From NCBI GenBank assembly GCA_902596655.1, contig CACJUX010000003.1:11649-75648 (forward strand): 64,000 nucleotides of DNA, given 5' to 3'. Shown one piece after another: positions 1 through 9,456 of this stretch (within the stretch, counting starts at the first letter, position 1; each line of letters opens with the position of its first letter). A program made the position numbers and the translations under genes. The notes under the pieces were generated by a model. That model was not told the DNA's origin. It was given only the letters and a program-made list of their open reading frames with translations, and ran no database searches. Source of the DNA: an uncultured SAR116 cluster alpha proteobacterium (GTDB lineage Bacteria; Pseudomonadota; Alphaproteobacteria; Puniceispirillales; Puniceispirillaceae).

Positions 1-589
1 TTTTGGTGCCATGGGCAAGGCCTTTTTCCCGCCGGTAAAAAAACTCCCTGAAATGGTGGAACGAATGACTGATCTGGCTGGCATTGCCCGGAAGGACGGT
101 ATGATGGCGCTGGAGGGGCAAGAAGTGCCCGATCCGTTTTTTGAAAAAGGCCTGCAAATGCTTGTGGATGGCGCGGACGAGAACAAATTGGCAAGTCAAT
201 TGTCCATGGAGATCAAGTCCATGAAATCGCGTCACGAGGCTAATCAGACAATCATCAACGCTTGGGTGGATCTAGCTCCAGCAATGGGGATGATCGGAAC
301 TCTAATTGGACTGGTTTTGATGTTAGGTAATATGGCCGACCCGAAAGCTATTGGACCGGCTATGGCGGTTGCGCTCTTAACCACCCTCTACGGCGCATTT
401 ATTGCTAACATTGTCTTCAAGCCTATGGTTCTCAAACTGGAAGGCTATACCACTTACGAGGTTGTTTATCGCGAGATGGTCGTTGAGGGCCTGCGGAACA
501 TTGCTCGTGGCGAGTCACCGCGGAACATCCAAGACATTATGCTTTCCAGCTTGCCACCTAAGCTCCAAGCTGAGATGGCAGATGCTTAA
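1..589 (+). CDS. pomA: Flagellar stator subunit A (PomA/MotA family), 5'-truncated by the window edge
   Basis: The frame is open from nt 2 (FGA precedes the first Met at 11). It encodes the C-terminal half of a MotA/ExbB-type channel, with TM helices PAMGMIGTLIGLVLML and AVALLTTLYGAFIAN. A PomB-like gene follows immediately. Confidence 0.85.
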   Translation, partial: FGAMGKAFFPPVKKLPEMVERMTDLAGIARKDGMMALEGQEVPDPFFEKGLQMLVDGADENKLASQLSMEIKSMKSRHEANQTIINAWVDLAPAMGMIGTLIGLVLMLGNMADPKAIGPAMAVALLTTLYGAFIANIVFKPMVLKLEGYTTYEVVYREMVVEGLRNIARGESPRNIQDIMLSSLPPKLQAEMADA

Positions 590-626
590 GCTGATGCGCA
601 TGCTAACGAGTTGCTGGAGATAGAAA

Positions 627-1805
627 ATGGCTGATGCCACCGAAGTTGATGGTGAAGAAGAAGAAGTTGAAGAGTTTGACGAAGGGTGCCCGGAGTGTCC
701 AAAGTGTCCTCCAGTTGGTGCACCAGCCTGGATGGCAACATTTGCTGACATGGCAACCCTACTGATGGCATTCTTCGTTTTAATACTGTCATTTGCTGAA
801 TTCAACGTACCAAAGTTTAAACAAATTTCGGGTTCGCTAAAAAACGCCTTTGGTGTTCAGCGCGTCGTTCCGATCGTTGAGCAGCCAAAAGGAACGACGG
901 TTTTATCACTTAACTTTAGTCCATCACCGAATCCTTCGATTTCGACGGATATGACGCAGCAAACAACCAGCGTGACCCAGCCTGATCTTGAGTTGAAACA
1001 AAAGACAAAGGAGGACGATGGAGGAGAGAGCGAGGCAGCAGAGGATATCGTGCGCGCACTTGAAGACGCAATTGCTCGCGGGGAGATTGAGGTTGAAACA
1101 CTTGGTGAAAAGGTAGTTGTCAATTTCACTGCAACTGACGCTGAAGAGCAGGATTTGCCCCAATTGCTGCGCGAAACCCTGAACGCGATTGAAAAGGCAC
1201 AAAACGCAGCCGGCAAAACTGACCAGGAAATCCTTATTGGTGGGTTGAATGAGAAATTAGGCCAACTGATGGCTGATGCGAGTGCTGCATTGGAAGCATT
1301 GACTGCTGCTGAACAAGCAACCCAAGACGCCGTCTCCGAACAGAATGAGAAAATTGAGAAGGCAAAGATAGCAGAAGACGAACTCAAGGTTGCTCTGCGC
1401 CAAGAGATTGGTGAAGGACTTGTCGCAGTTGAACGCGACGAAGATCAGGTAATTGTAACAGTTGGAGCCGGTGGTGCCTTTGCCTCAGGATCAGCGGTGC
1501 TAACTAATTCAGCTAAGGAAATCATGTCTAAAATTGCTGGTGTCAACACGGATGGCAGCGGTAAAATTACCGTTTCTGGCCATACCGATGATGTTCCTTT
1601 GATTTTTGGTTCACAGTTCCGTGACAATTGGGACCTGGCGGCCGCTCGTTCAGCCAGCGTTGTTCAGGAACTTGAAAATACTGGCATGATCCCTGCAGGC
1701 CGGATGGAGGCCGTAAGCTATGGTGAATCAAAACCGATTGAAAGCAACAGCACCGCTGACGGGCGATCAGTAAACCGCCGGATAGAAATTGAGATTAACT
1801 ACTAG
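627..1805 (+). CDS. pomB: Flagellar stator subunit B, PomB-like (OmpA-type peptidoglycan-binding C-terminus)
   Basis: The N-terminus (CPECPKCPPVGAPAWMATFADMATLLMAFFVLILSFAEF..KFKQISGSLKNAFGVQ) parallels Vibrio PomB as I recall it: Cys-Pro motif, conserved TM Asp, plug segment. The C-terminus has an OmpA-like motif (SGHTDD..NWDLAAARS..NRRIEIEI). Confidence 0.85.
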   Translation: MADATEVDGEEEEVEEFDEGCPECPKCPPVGAPAWMATFADMATLLMAFFVLILSFAEFNVPKFKQISGSLKNAFGVQRVVPIVEQPKGTTVLSLNFSPSPNPSISTDMTQQTTSVTQPDLELKQKTKEDDGGESEAAEDIVRALEDAIARGEIEVETLGEKVVVNFTATDAEEQDLPQLLRETLNAIEKAQNAAGKTDQEILIGGLNEKLGQLMADASAALEALTAAEQATQDAVSEQNEKIEKAKIAEDELKVALRQEIGEGLVAVERDEDQVIVTVGAGGAFASGSAVLTNSAKEIMSKIAGVNTDGSGKITVSGHTDDVPLIFGSQFRDNWDLAAARSASVVQELENTGMIPAGRMEAVSYGESKPIESNSTADGRSVNRRIEIEINY

Positions 1806-2073
1806 TTTTGTTATCGGACTTTGGACTATCTCAACTAACAAATCAGCCGCCACCGATCGACAGTCTGGCAGCGGCTTTCATTTTCGTTGAAAATCAACTC
1901 GACATCTACCGGCGAAAATTCGCCTACCTGTAATATTGATGGCCTCTGCTTATGTCAGCGTGAGCGCGAAAAAGAGCACACGGCTGAAGCCGAACAAGGT
2001 ATTAAGAAAGCAGTTAAATCATTTTTTAAGAATGAATGCTAACAAGCAAAAGAGACAGCTTGAAGGCCGAGAT

Positions 2074-2946
2074 CTAATCAGGCTGCGCAGGAGTGGGAGG
2101 CGCCTCGGCCAATGGTTTGTTAGACTTACGACGGCGGCGCTTCTTTGGCTTAACTTCTTCTACTTCAGGTGACCCGACGAAGGAAGGCTTGAAGATGCTT
2201 TTTGGGTCGAATTGGCGGCAGGTTTCCTGCACTTCCTGAACTGACTTTGCGGCAATAATCATCCACATCTGGCGTTGACGCATCAGGTTGAAACTACGCT
2301 GGAGGGTCAGCTGTGCTTGACGAAAATAAAGTCCCAAAAGAACAATGACTATGACAAACAGCATCCAGCTTACAGATAGTGTTACCCCATAGATTAGGAT
2401 CACAGCGAGCAAAACTTCCCACAAGCGGTTCTGGATCAACCAAATCGGTGAAGCAAACGTCGCTGCCATCGAGGGCTGGGTGTCGATGATCACACAATTC
2501 CGATTAATGTCCCGCAGCACCTCAAAAATTCGGTATTCCTCGAGAGGTGCAATGGTAGTTTCGGCTAACTTCTTGCTTGCAGCATTTGCAATTTCAGGCG
2601 TTGCATATTCAAACGCACACCCAAGTGGCCCGCGTGCAATCACGTGGAACAAGCTTCCCTCGCGGAAAATTGTCAGAAAAATACCGGTCTGTGGATCACA
2701 TTCAAAGATCATATCCAGCAGCAGCTCAATGTCGCCATGGAAAGTCTTGCCGTCGACGGCAACGATCACATCACCAGTTTCCAAACGGAGTGTGCGTGCC
2801 CGGCAGATAGGCCTGATATCCTTAATTGAAAAAACAGTGTTTTGCGGCGTTGCAGCCGCATCATGCGAATGCGGGGTTTCGGCTGGGTTCAGCATAGTAC
2901 TTTTCCAGCCAACCACAGGAACATGCAAGGCCGTGCCAAACCCCAT
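2074..2946 (-). CDS. Hypothetical membrane protein with a PDZ-like N-terminal segment, two TM helices and a basic tail
   Basis: 290-aa ORF. LRLETGDVIVAVDGKTFHGDIELLLDMI..LTIFREG resembles a PDZ fold. The hydrophobic stretch LLAVILIYGVTLSVSWMLFVIVIVLLGLYF is followed by a KPKKRRRRKS tail. The start is uncertain (ATG 2946 or ATG 2895). It is the last gene of the leftward fliO-flhB gene string. Confidence 0.5.
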   Translation of the reverse strand: MGFGTALHVPVVGWKSTMLNPAETPHSHDAAATPQNTVFSIKDIRPICRARTLRLETGDVIVAVDGKTFHGDIELLLDMIFECDPQTGIFLTIFREGSLFHVIARGPLGCAFEYATPEIANAASKKLAETTIAPLEEYRIFEVLRDINRNCVIIDTQPSMAATFASPIWLIQNRLWEVLLAVILIYGVTLSVSWMLFVIVIVLLGLYFRQAQLTLQRSFNLMRQRQMWMIIAAKSVQEVQETCRQFDPKSIFKPSFVGSPEVEEVKPKKRRRRKSNKPLAEAPPTPAQPD

Positions 2947-3090
2947 TTCACCGGGCGGTCTGTTGAGAGATCAGCCATGTTCTCAATCAAAACCATACCC
3001 CTGTCTCCAACAAATTTGGTGTGTAATCCCCACATAATGTACCACGTTATAATCTTCTCGACCATCCTTCCTGCGGCCTGGTAGGAGAAG

Positions 3091-3828
3091 TTAGGGATAG
3101 CTGACGCGGTTGTCACGTTCCTTAAACATTTCTCTAATCGCAGCGGTCTGTTCAGACAGCGCATTTAGTTCGACCAGCATGTTTTTCTGATTCGATGCGA
3201 TGCCCTCGACGAATTTGGCGTTAGAGAAATCCTTTTTCATTCCTGAAATTACTGATTCAGTGTGGGCCTCAGTGGACTCCATCTGTGCAATCATCTTGCG
3301 GGTCTGTGAGCCAAGCTCGCCAGCGATGCCCGTGGTAATGGCATTTGCAAGCGTCTCGTTGGACTGGGCGACCTCAGTAGTGGTTTCCTTGAGGCCTGCA
3401 ATCACAGCTTCATTTGTGCGAGCAATCACCTCGCGCAACCCGCCAAGCTCCCTGATCAACGTTTCGTTCTGGACAACCAGCGTCTGCTGCGCTTCCATAG
3501 CAGATTTCATCCGATCGAGAGAGTCATTGACTGAATCAACATTTTCAGCAAAAACAACGAGTGCTTCGCGGCTGGTTGTTGTCATTGTGGTAAGATCAGC
3601 CATCGTTCGAAAATATATTAGACCAGCAAATAGCAGCGCAGCAACCGCAGCCAACATAGAGCTAGCAAAAATTATTACAGTATAGCGGTGAACATTTTTC
3701 ACGGATGCCTCCAGCTTTTTGTTATCGCGTTTGACCTTGTTAAATTCTGATGTCACGTCTGTAGCTGCATCCGCCGCATCAAGGGCAATCTTGATGCTTT
3801 CCTGCACAGCATTATACTCGGCGCTCAT
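3091..3828 (-). CDS. Hypothetical bitopic membrane protein with a long helical (coiled-coil-like) C-terminal domain
   Basis: ATG at 3828 (MSAEYN..) has a GGGAGA Shine-Dalgarno 6 nt upstream and overlaps the upstream stop as ATGA (3825-3828). It has one TM helix (YTVIIFASSMLAAVAALLFAGLIYF) followed by ~170 aa of heptad-like Ala/Glu/Thr-rich sequence. The longer 3900 start would overlap the upstream ORF. Confidence 0.6.
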   Translation of the reverse strand: MSAEYNAVQESIKIALDAADAATDVTSEFNKVKRDNKKLEASVKNVHRYTVIIFASSMLAAVAALLFAGLIYFRTMADLTTMTTTSREALVVFAENVDSVNDSLDRMKSAMEAQQTLVVQNETLIRELGGLREVIARTNEAVIAGLKETTTEVAQSNETLANAITTGIAGELGSQTRKMIAQMESTEAHTESVISGMKKDFSNAKFVEGIASNQKNMLVELNALSEQTAAIREMFKERDNRVSYP

Positions 3829-4043
3829 GCCTGTCTCCCGTTCATTTCGGTCGAAGATCGACCCCGTCTTTGCGAACCCTTTGCCTGGTGGTAAGCACAT
3901 TTCATGCCAGTCGTATCAAAAACAGTGCGTGACGGCAGAAATTGTCCCTTGAACCCAAACTTTCTACAGCCATAGGGACGTGCCGGATCATGCGTGATGA
4001 AATGAAACTGACATTCAAAACAATTTACCCGATTATCTACCAT
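3825..4043 (-). CDS. Small four-Cys (zinc-ribbon-like) protein, uncharacterised
   Basis: 72-75 aa with the pattern C-x2-C ... PYGC ... GMKC (NCFECQFHFITHDPARPYGCRKFGFKG...GMKCAYH). ATG 4043 has an AAGGGG SD upstream. Its stop overlaps the next start (ATGA). Confidence 0.55.
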   Translation of the reverse strand: MVDNRVNCFECQFHFITHDPARPYGCRKFGFKGQFLPSRTVFDTTGMKCAYHQAKGSQRRGRSSTEMNGRQA

Positions 4044-4269
4044 CTGAATCACCCCTTATCCGCATGACTAGATCGGCGATGATAAAACGTGCGCCAGCGG
4101 TAACACAGGCAAAGCCGGCAAGACCAACTGCGATACATTTGAGGAGCGGAGCATCCTCTTCATAGAGCAGAATCGCCTCAAGAATGGCATATATGCCAAG
4201 ACCATAAAAGCTAACACTACTGATCATCTCGCCAAGGCTGCGCTCATTGCGACGCTTACCAGGAACCAT
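4033..4269 (-). CDS. Small two-TM membrane protein, uncharacterised
   Basis: ATG 4269 lies 2 nt after the flhB stop (TAG 4274-4272). A strong GAAGGAGG SD sits inside the flhB 3' end. Two hydrophobic helices are present (ISSVSFYGLGIYAILEAILL, CIAVGLAGFACVTAGARFIIA). Confidence 0.55.
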   Translation of the reverse strand: MVPGKRRNERSLGEMISSVSFYGLGIYAILEAILLYEEDAPLLKCIAVGLAGFACVTAGARFIIADLVMRIRGDSDGR

Positions 4270-4271
4270 CA

Positions 4272-5426
4272 CTATACGCCTCCTTCAGGGTGGCCATTTT
4301 CATCAAACCGCATTTCCGGCGGCAAGTTGATTTCGGGCTCTTCAAGTATTTCGCCCCTGTCAATACGATAGACATAGGCCAGTATTATGGCCACCGCATT
4401 ATACAGTCCCTCAGAAATTTCCGCACCCAACTCACTGGTGAAATAGAGCGCACGCGCTAACAACGGAATCCGCAAAACCCGCACCTTGGCGATAGTTGCA
4501 CGCTCGATAATCTGCTCCGCCATCTTGCCCTTGCCCATTGCCACGACAGTTGGCGCACCCGTCTCGCCAGGCTCATATTTGAGTGCCACAGCAAAATGTG
4601 TCGGGTTGGTGATCACGGTCGTTGCTGACGCAACATTGTCGAGCGCCTCGCGCTGACGACTACCCTCAGTTGCCTGCTGCATCTGCATGCGGCGGATCTT
4701 GGCCTTGACCTCGGGCGAGCCCTCAGTCTGTTTGAATTCGTCCTTGACCTCTTTCAATGTCATTTTCAACGATTTTATATGTGTGTGACGCTGCCAAGCA
4801 TAGTCAATGGCCGCGATAATCATCAGTGCAACAAGCATAGCACCGATCATCAGCGGAAAGACCCTACCAATCTTGCCAAGTGCCGCGCCAAGCGTACTAT
4901 TGGTTAGATAGACGATACCTGGCAGATGCAGGTAGATCACCCAGGCGCCGATTCCAAAGAGCGATGCAACCTTGAGGATTGCCTTACCAAGCTCAACTAA
5001 CCCCTTCGTCGAGAACATCCGCTTGAGTCCGGACAGCAAGTTGATCCGATTACCTTTGAATTCCATTGATTTGGGCGCGAAATTAATGCCGCCAACCGCA
5101 GCCTGGGTCGCTAATGACACAAGTAGCAGTGGAATGCCAAGAACCAACGTAGCCAAAATCACTAGATAAAACCCATGTTTGAGCTTGCCAAGACCAAAGC
5201 TGCGGATGTCGGTAACGGTGTCAAATACGAACAACCTTCCCCAGACTTCGAGGATTTGCGGGACGAGCTGGGTTGACGCAACCAGCATTGCAAGACCCAT
5301 ACCTACACTGGTAAAGACGAACATCTCCTTAGAGGTCAGAACCTTTCCGTCCTCTGCAGCCTTGTCGAGCTTTCGTTGGGAGGGTTCTTCGGTTTTTTCC
5401 TGACCATCTTCATTTTCCTCAGCCAC
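4272..5426 (-). CDS. flhB: Flagellar type III export switch protein FlhB
   Basis: 384 aa with four N-terminal TM helices and the autocleavage motif NPTHFAVAL. Position follows fliR. Confidence 0.95.
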   Translation of the reverse strand: MAEENEDGQEKTEEPSQRKLDKAAEDGKVLTSKEMFVFTSVGMGLAMLVASTQLVPQILEVWGRLFVFDTVTDIRSFGLGKLKHGFYLVILATLVLGIPLLLVSLATQAAVGGINFAPKSMEFKGNRINLLSGLKRMFSTKGLVELGKAILKVASLFGIGAWVIYLHLPGIVYLTNSTLGAALGKIGRVFPLMIGAMLVALMIIAAIDYAWQRHTHIKSLKMTLKEVKDEFKQTEGSPEVKAKIRRMQMQQATEGSRQREALDNVASATTVITNPTHFAVALKYEPGETGAPTVVAMGKGKMAEQIIERATIAKVRVLRIPLLARALYFTSELGAEISEGLYNAVAIILAYVYRIDRGEILEEPEINLPPEMRFDENGHPEGGV

Positions 5427-6243
5427 TAGGCATCTCCGAAATCATGGTTTGCAAATTGGCAAGTGAGTCATCAATCAATTTGGCCATGCTGTCGCCCATA
5501 CCGGCTGCCGATAAATAAAGCAGCAGGAACACGGCAAGGAGAGAGATAGGAAAGCCAAACGAGAAAAGATTTAACTGCGGTGCTGATTTGGTAATGATGC
5601 CTATTGCAACATTTATCATCAGCAGGACCATGGCAATAGGCAGCATTATGATAGTCGCAGCAACAAACATGGTGCCTGCGGCATTAATCCCGGCGCCAAT
5701 CAGAACCTGCGGTACCAAAGAGCCACCAATGGGAAGAATGCGGTAAGATTCCATAATTGTCGCCAGCGCGATCAGGTGACCGTCCAAAGAGAGAAACAAA
5801 ACGGTCAGAAACAAATAAAGCGTCTGGCTGACAACCGGGGTTTGGCCACCAGTCTGTGGATCAATCTGGGCGGCAAAGCCAAGACCGGCGGATGCAGCTA
5901 TTTTCTCACCAGCCAACATCACAGAGGAAAACCAGATAGTCAGAACAAGTCCGGCCGTCAAGCCAATCGCCACCTCAACCATCATCATCATGACGCCTGC
6001 GGCGGTGGAGATTATTGCCGGATCAATTGAGGGCACCTGCACCGCAACAATGGCGGTGATCGTGAGGGCAAGGATTATGCGCACTTGTAACGGCAACCAA
6101 CGTGCGCCAAACAACGGTGCCGCAATGATAAAAGAACCAATGCGTAGGCTTGCCAAGAAATACTGCAGAAGCATCGTGATCACCAGATTGAGGTCAAGCC
6201 CGGGCAATCCTGTCAGTGATGGTGTGGCAAGTCCCAGCATCAA
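5419..6243 (-). CDS. fliR: Flagellar export apparatus protein FliR
   Basis: 274-aa polytopic membrane protein between fliQ and flhB. Its stop overlaps the flhB start. Confidence 0.9.
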   Translation of the reverse strand: MMLGLATPSLTGLPGLDLNLVITMLLQYFLASLRIGSFIIAAPLFGARWLPLQVRIILALTITAIVAVQVPSIDPAIISTAAGVMMMMVEVAIGLTAGLVLTIWFSSVMLAGEKIAASAGLGFAAQIDPQTGGQTPVVSQTLYLFLTVLFLSLDGHLIALATIMESYRILPIGGSLVPQVLIGAGINAAGTMFVAATIIMLPIAMVLLMINVAIGIITKSAPQLNLFSFGFPISLLAVFLLLYLSAAGMGDSMAKLIDDSLANLQTMISEMPSG

Positions 6244-6247
6244 CTGA

Positions 6248-6514
6248 TCATCCTATCCGCGTAATTTGGTCGAAGATAAAGGCGAAATAATCTGACAACT
6301 GGGTAAGCATGAAGGTTGAGAGAAAGCCAAAGGTCATAACAACTATCACCAGCTTTGGCACAAAACTAAGTGTCATCTCATTGATCGAAGTTGCCGCCTG
6401 AATGATACCGATCACCAAACCGACAATCAGCGCCACCGCAAGCAACGGACCGGCGGCAAGGATAATTTGCCAGAAGGCAATTCTAAGAAATTCAACATTC
6501 GCATCAAAACCCAT
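6248..6514 (-). CDS. fliQ: Flagellar export apparatus protein FliQ
   Basis: 88-aa two-TM protein starting at ATG 6514 (MGFDANVEF..) with a GAGGA SD upstream. The longer ORF start at 6577 would overlap the fliP 3' end. Confidence 0.9.
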   Translation of the reverse strand: MGFDANVEFLRIAFWQIILAAGPLLAVALIVGLVIGIIQAATSINEMTLSFVPKLVIVVMTFGFLSTFMLTQLSDYFAFIFDQITRIG

Positions 6515-6554
6515 TTTTTGTGTCCTCTGAAAAGGCTGCTTGTTGCTAGCGGCG

Positions 6555-7322
6555 TCAGCCGCCGGCATAGGTGGCAACGAGCGAACCCACAGTCATGGCC
6601 CATCCGTCAACAAGGACGAACAGAAGAAGTTTAAAGGGTAGTGAGACCAGCATTGGGCTCAGCATCATCATACCCAGTGACATTAGAATTGAGGCAATCA
6701 CCATGTCGATCACTAGGAACGGCAGGAATAGTAGAAAGCCTATCTGAAAGGCAGTCTTTAACTCGGAGGTTATAAATGCCGGCAGCAGCACCGTTAGTGG
6801 CACGTCCTCCGGTGAGGCATATGGCTCGTCACCAGCCATTTCGGTAAACATGACAAGGTCATTTACTCGTGTGTTGTTTACCAGAAAATCCTTCATCACA
6901 TTGGCGCCATTAACAAGCGCTTTATCCGCCGGCATCAATCCGTCGAGGTAAGGCGAGATCACCGCACTGTTAACTTCTGTGAGGGTGGGCGCCATGATGA
7001 ACATTGTTAGGAACAGGGCAATCGCCACAAGCACCTGATTTGGCGGTGTCTGTTGGGTTCCCATTGCCTGGCGAAGAATCGACAGAACGATGATAATGCG
7101 GGTGAAGGAGGTCATGCCAAGGACAAGCGACGGCAGAAGCGTCAGGCCTGTCATCAACGCCAGTATCTGCAGCGACAGCGAATAGGTGGAGCCGCCATCT
7201 GCACCACTAGCAACATTGAATGCCGGAATGCCGGCTGCCATATCCTGTGCAAGGGCAGGGTCTGCAGACAGGGCTGCCAGCAGCATAACGCCAGCCAAAG
7301 TGAGCGGGAAAAATCGGTTCAT
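6555..7322 (-). CDS. fliP: Flagellar export apparatus protein FliP
   Basis: ATG 7322 (MNRFFPL.. signal-like N-terminus) overlaps the fliO stop as ATGA (7319-7322). Conserved FliP segments are present (SFTRIIIVLSILRQAMG, FLLFLPFLVIDMVIASILMSLGMMMLSP). Confidence 0.95.
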   Translation of the reverse strand: MNRFFPLTLAGVMLLAALSADPALAQDMAAGIPAFNVASGADGGSTYSLSLQILALMTGLTLLPSLVLGMTSFTRIIIVLSILRQAMGTQQTPPNQVLVAIALFLTMFIMAPTLTEVNSAVISPYLDGLMPADKALVNGANVMKDFLVNNTRVNDLVMFTEMAGDEPYASPEDVPLTVLLPAFITSELKTAFQIGFLLFLPFLVIDMVIASILMSLGMMMLSPMLVSLPFKLLLFVLVDGWAMTVGSLVATYAGG

Positions 7323-7810
7323 TTGCCAAGTCCTAGAGATGGATTGCGCCTGCGCGCCTCGGCAATAGCGCTGGCGATCTGGTCGACATTTGTCGTACTG
7401 CAACTCTGGTCTGCCGATGACTTAGAAGTGCCGACAGGCCGGGTTTCAGGCTTCTTAGATGCTTTCTGTGATTTTGGTGACGCGGGCTTCTGTGTTGGCT
7501 TTTGGATATCCATAAGCGTCATTGGCCCATCTGCAGTGCCGGTGCTGTCTGTGCCGTTAATCACAACAACCGTTGCTGCATGGCCCTTGCCGGCATGGAT
7601 CATAAAAGTCTGGCCATCAACCTCAACAAGGTGCAACCGCTGTTGTGGCGTTAGTGCCATGTCTTCAATATGGCGCATGCGCTTCGTGCGATGAATATGT
7701 TTGGACAAACCCCCTCGAAAGCGGCGAACGATAAACAACGCCACCAGCAACAGCAGTAGAAAGGCAACCATAATGATTATCTGATTGGGCTGGATCGCAT
7801 CCACAGGCAT
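7319..7810 (-). CDS. fliO: Flagellar export protein FliO
   Basis: Single TM helix (IIIMVAFLLLLLVALFIV) followed by the HLVEVDGQTFMI segment typical of FliO. ATG 7810 has a GGAG SD and lies downstream of the sigma-54 promoter match. The GTG at 7825 is less likely. Confidence 0.75.
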   Translation of the reverse strand: MPVDAIQPNQIIIMVAFLLLLLVALFIVRRFRGGLSKHIHRTKRMRHIEDMALTPQQRLHLVEVDGQTFMIHAGKGHAATVVVINGTDSTGTADGPMTLMDIQKPTQKPASPKSQKASKKPETRPVGTSKSSADQSCSTTNVDQIASAIAEARRRNPSLGLGK

Positions 7811-7846
7811 TATAAACTCCGTCACTAGAACTCATGCCCTAAACAA

Positions 7847-7862
7847 GGCAAGGGACGTGCCA
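7847..7862 (-). promoter_or_regulatory. Sigma-54 (-24/-12) promoter match upstream of fliO
   Basis: The minus strand reads TGGCAC-GTCCC-TTGCC with canonical GG-N10-GC spacing. The -12 element is ~37 nt upstream of the fliO ATG. Confidence 0.6.
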
Positions 7863-8018
7863 GCACTGCCACGCCCCTCGGAAAAATTTACATATACCTG
7901 TTTTTAAATGACTTTTTTTATTACTTTCTACCCACCAAATGGCATTATTTGATGTCTAGTACAAAACTCCACGAGCAATGAACTAAGACAGGCAGACTTG
8001 TGTCGGAAAAATGACAGG

Positions 8019-8342
8019 CTAGAGCGATTCGACCCGGTCCTCAGGTGCTACTATCTCAGAAAAGCGGATGCCAAAGCGCTCACCGACCATGACAACTTCA
8101 CCTTTGGCAATCATCGTGCCATTTGCCAGGATGTCTAGCGGGTCACCGGCGAGGCGATCCAACTCAATCACCGATCCTTCATTAAGCCGTAAAAGGTCAC
8201 GAATTTTGATCTGCGCACTACCAACTTCAACGGTCAGAACGACGTCGATATTTTCCAGCAAGCGCATGTTGTCCATGCTGGTCCGCTCTGGGTCTGGATG
8301 CTTTTCCTCAGCGCCCACATCTGCTTCGGTATCTTCAGCCAT
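8019..8342 (-). CDS. fliN: Flagellar motor switch protein FliN
   Basis: 107 aa with a SpoA-type C-terminus (LTVEVGSAQIKIRDLLRLNEGSVIELDRLAGDPLDILANG..GEVV). Confidence 0.9.
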   Translation of the reverse strand: MAEDTEADVGAEEKHPDPERTSMDNMRLLENIDVVLTVEVGSAQIKIRDLLRLNEGSVIELDRLAGDPLDILANGTMIAKGEVVMVGERFGIRFSEIVAPEDRVESL

Positions 8343-8415
8343 CGGTCTTCCTTTCCATTCCGCCGCCGTTTTGGCGGGCGTTTTCCTGTCCCTCTTAAGC
8401 GGCGAGCGACCTTGT

Positions 8416-9387
8416 CTATTCGCTGCGGCGCTCCGTCAAGCTGATTGCCGCCTGACCACCGACTTCTCCCAGCTCACCATTGTAGAATGGAAGCTTTTCA
8501 ATCAGAATTTCGACACCCTCGCCAATTTCGATTGGAAACACGTCCCCTTCCTTGAGGCGGATAAGTTTATTCATCGATACCGTTGGCTCACTTAATCGTG
8601 CAATGAGGTCCAGCGGGATCTCAAGAACTGCACGTTCCATCCGGTCGCGCCAGGATTGATCATCATTCGCTTTGTCGGTCTGCACACGGGAGCGGAGAAG
8701 TGAGGCGATTGGTTTGAGCGTCTGCAACGGATAGATGATGTCAAAACTGGCGGCGTCAATATCCGGCAACTGCACAACAAAGGAGCAGATGATGACAAGG
8801 TCACCGCCGTCAACGAATGAGGCAAATTGTGGGTTTACCTCACGGCTGCTATGTTGAATGCTTATTTCCATGAGATCCCGCCACGACACCTCCAGCGTTT
8901 CGTTAAGGCCGGAACTAATTATTTCGATGATACGCTCTTCGGTTGCCGTGAATTCAGAGCGAGTCGTTGCTAGCGGCTTAATTTTGCCGCCGTAATAGGA
9001 GTTGGTCAGTACCGAGATGAAGGTAGGTGATAGCACAACAAGCATACTGCCACGCAATTCCTCGATCCGGCTAATGTTCAGGCTCATGAAATTCTCAATA
9101 CCGGCGGTATATTCATCGAATGTTTTAACTTCAGGCGGAAAAGAGGAGATCCGCGGCTGGATGCGTAGCATAGGCAGAAATACCTGCCGAGCCATTCGGG
9201 CGAAGCGTTCATTAATCATGCGCAGCGCATAATAATCACCAAGAAGCGAAAGATCGTCCGAGCCAAACTGAAAAGGCCGGACGTCCTTGTCCTCAGCAGA
9301 GGTCACAGAGGTGTCACTGCTGTCGTCGCTTAATCCTTCGATTAGCGCGTTGACTTCATCACTGCTCAATTTACGCGTTGATGCCAC
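8416..9387 (-). CDS. fliM: Flagellar motor switch protein FliM
   Basis: 323 aa with an N-terminal LSSDEVNALIEG (CheY-binding-type) segment and a C-terminal FliN-like domain. Position is between fliL and fliN. Confidence 0.9.
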   Translation of the reverse strand: MASTRKLSSDEVNALIEGLSDDSSDTSVTSAEDKDVRPFQFGSDDLSLLGDYYALRMINERFARMARQVFLPMLRIQPRISSFPPEVKTFDEYTAGIENFMSLNISRIEELRGSMLVVLSPTFISVLTNSYYGGKIKPLATTRSEFTATEERIIEIISSGLNETLEVSWRDLMEISIQHSSREVNPQFASFVDGGDLVIICSFVVQLPDIDAASFDIIYPLQTLKPIASLLRSRVQTDKANDDQSWRDRMERAVLEIPLDLIARLSEPTVSMNKLIRLKEGDVFPIEIGEGVEILIEKLPFYNGELGEVGGQAAISLTERRSE

Positions 9388-9456
9388 AATGCCACCTTCT
9401 CATCACCAAATCCTCACCCTGTCTGACAAACGTCCAAACAGCCAGCAGATTCCACC

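Noticed and set aside
1845-1880. Possible terminator hairpin after pomB (AGCCGC ... GCGGCT followed by TTCATTTT)
   Set aside because: The stem is only 6 bp with a 20-nt loop and an interrupted T-tract, which is too weak to call.
2924-2938. Sigma-54-like sequence TGGCAC-GGCC-TTGCA upstream of a possible internal start of the PDZ-like gene
   Set aside because: The spacer is one nucleotide too short (GG-N9-GC). Sigma-54 promoters are very intolerant of spacing changes, and the site lies inside the ORF if ATG 2946 is used.
7053-7694. 213-aa plus-strand ORF overlapping fliP and fliO
   Set aside because: It is entirely antisense to two well-supported export genes. Its composition is Arg/Cys/Gln-rich and unlike real proteins, and it has no SD.
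8068-8595. 175-aa plus-strand ORF overlapping fliN and fliM
   Set aside because: It is antisense to conserved switch genes and has Ser/Arg-rich artefactual composition.
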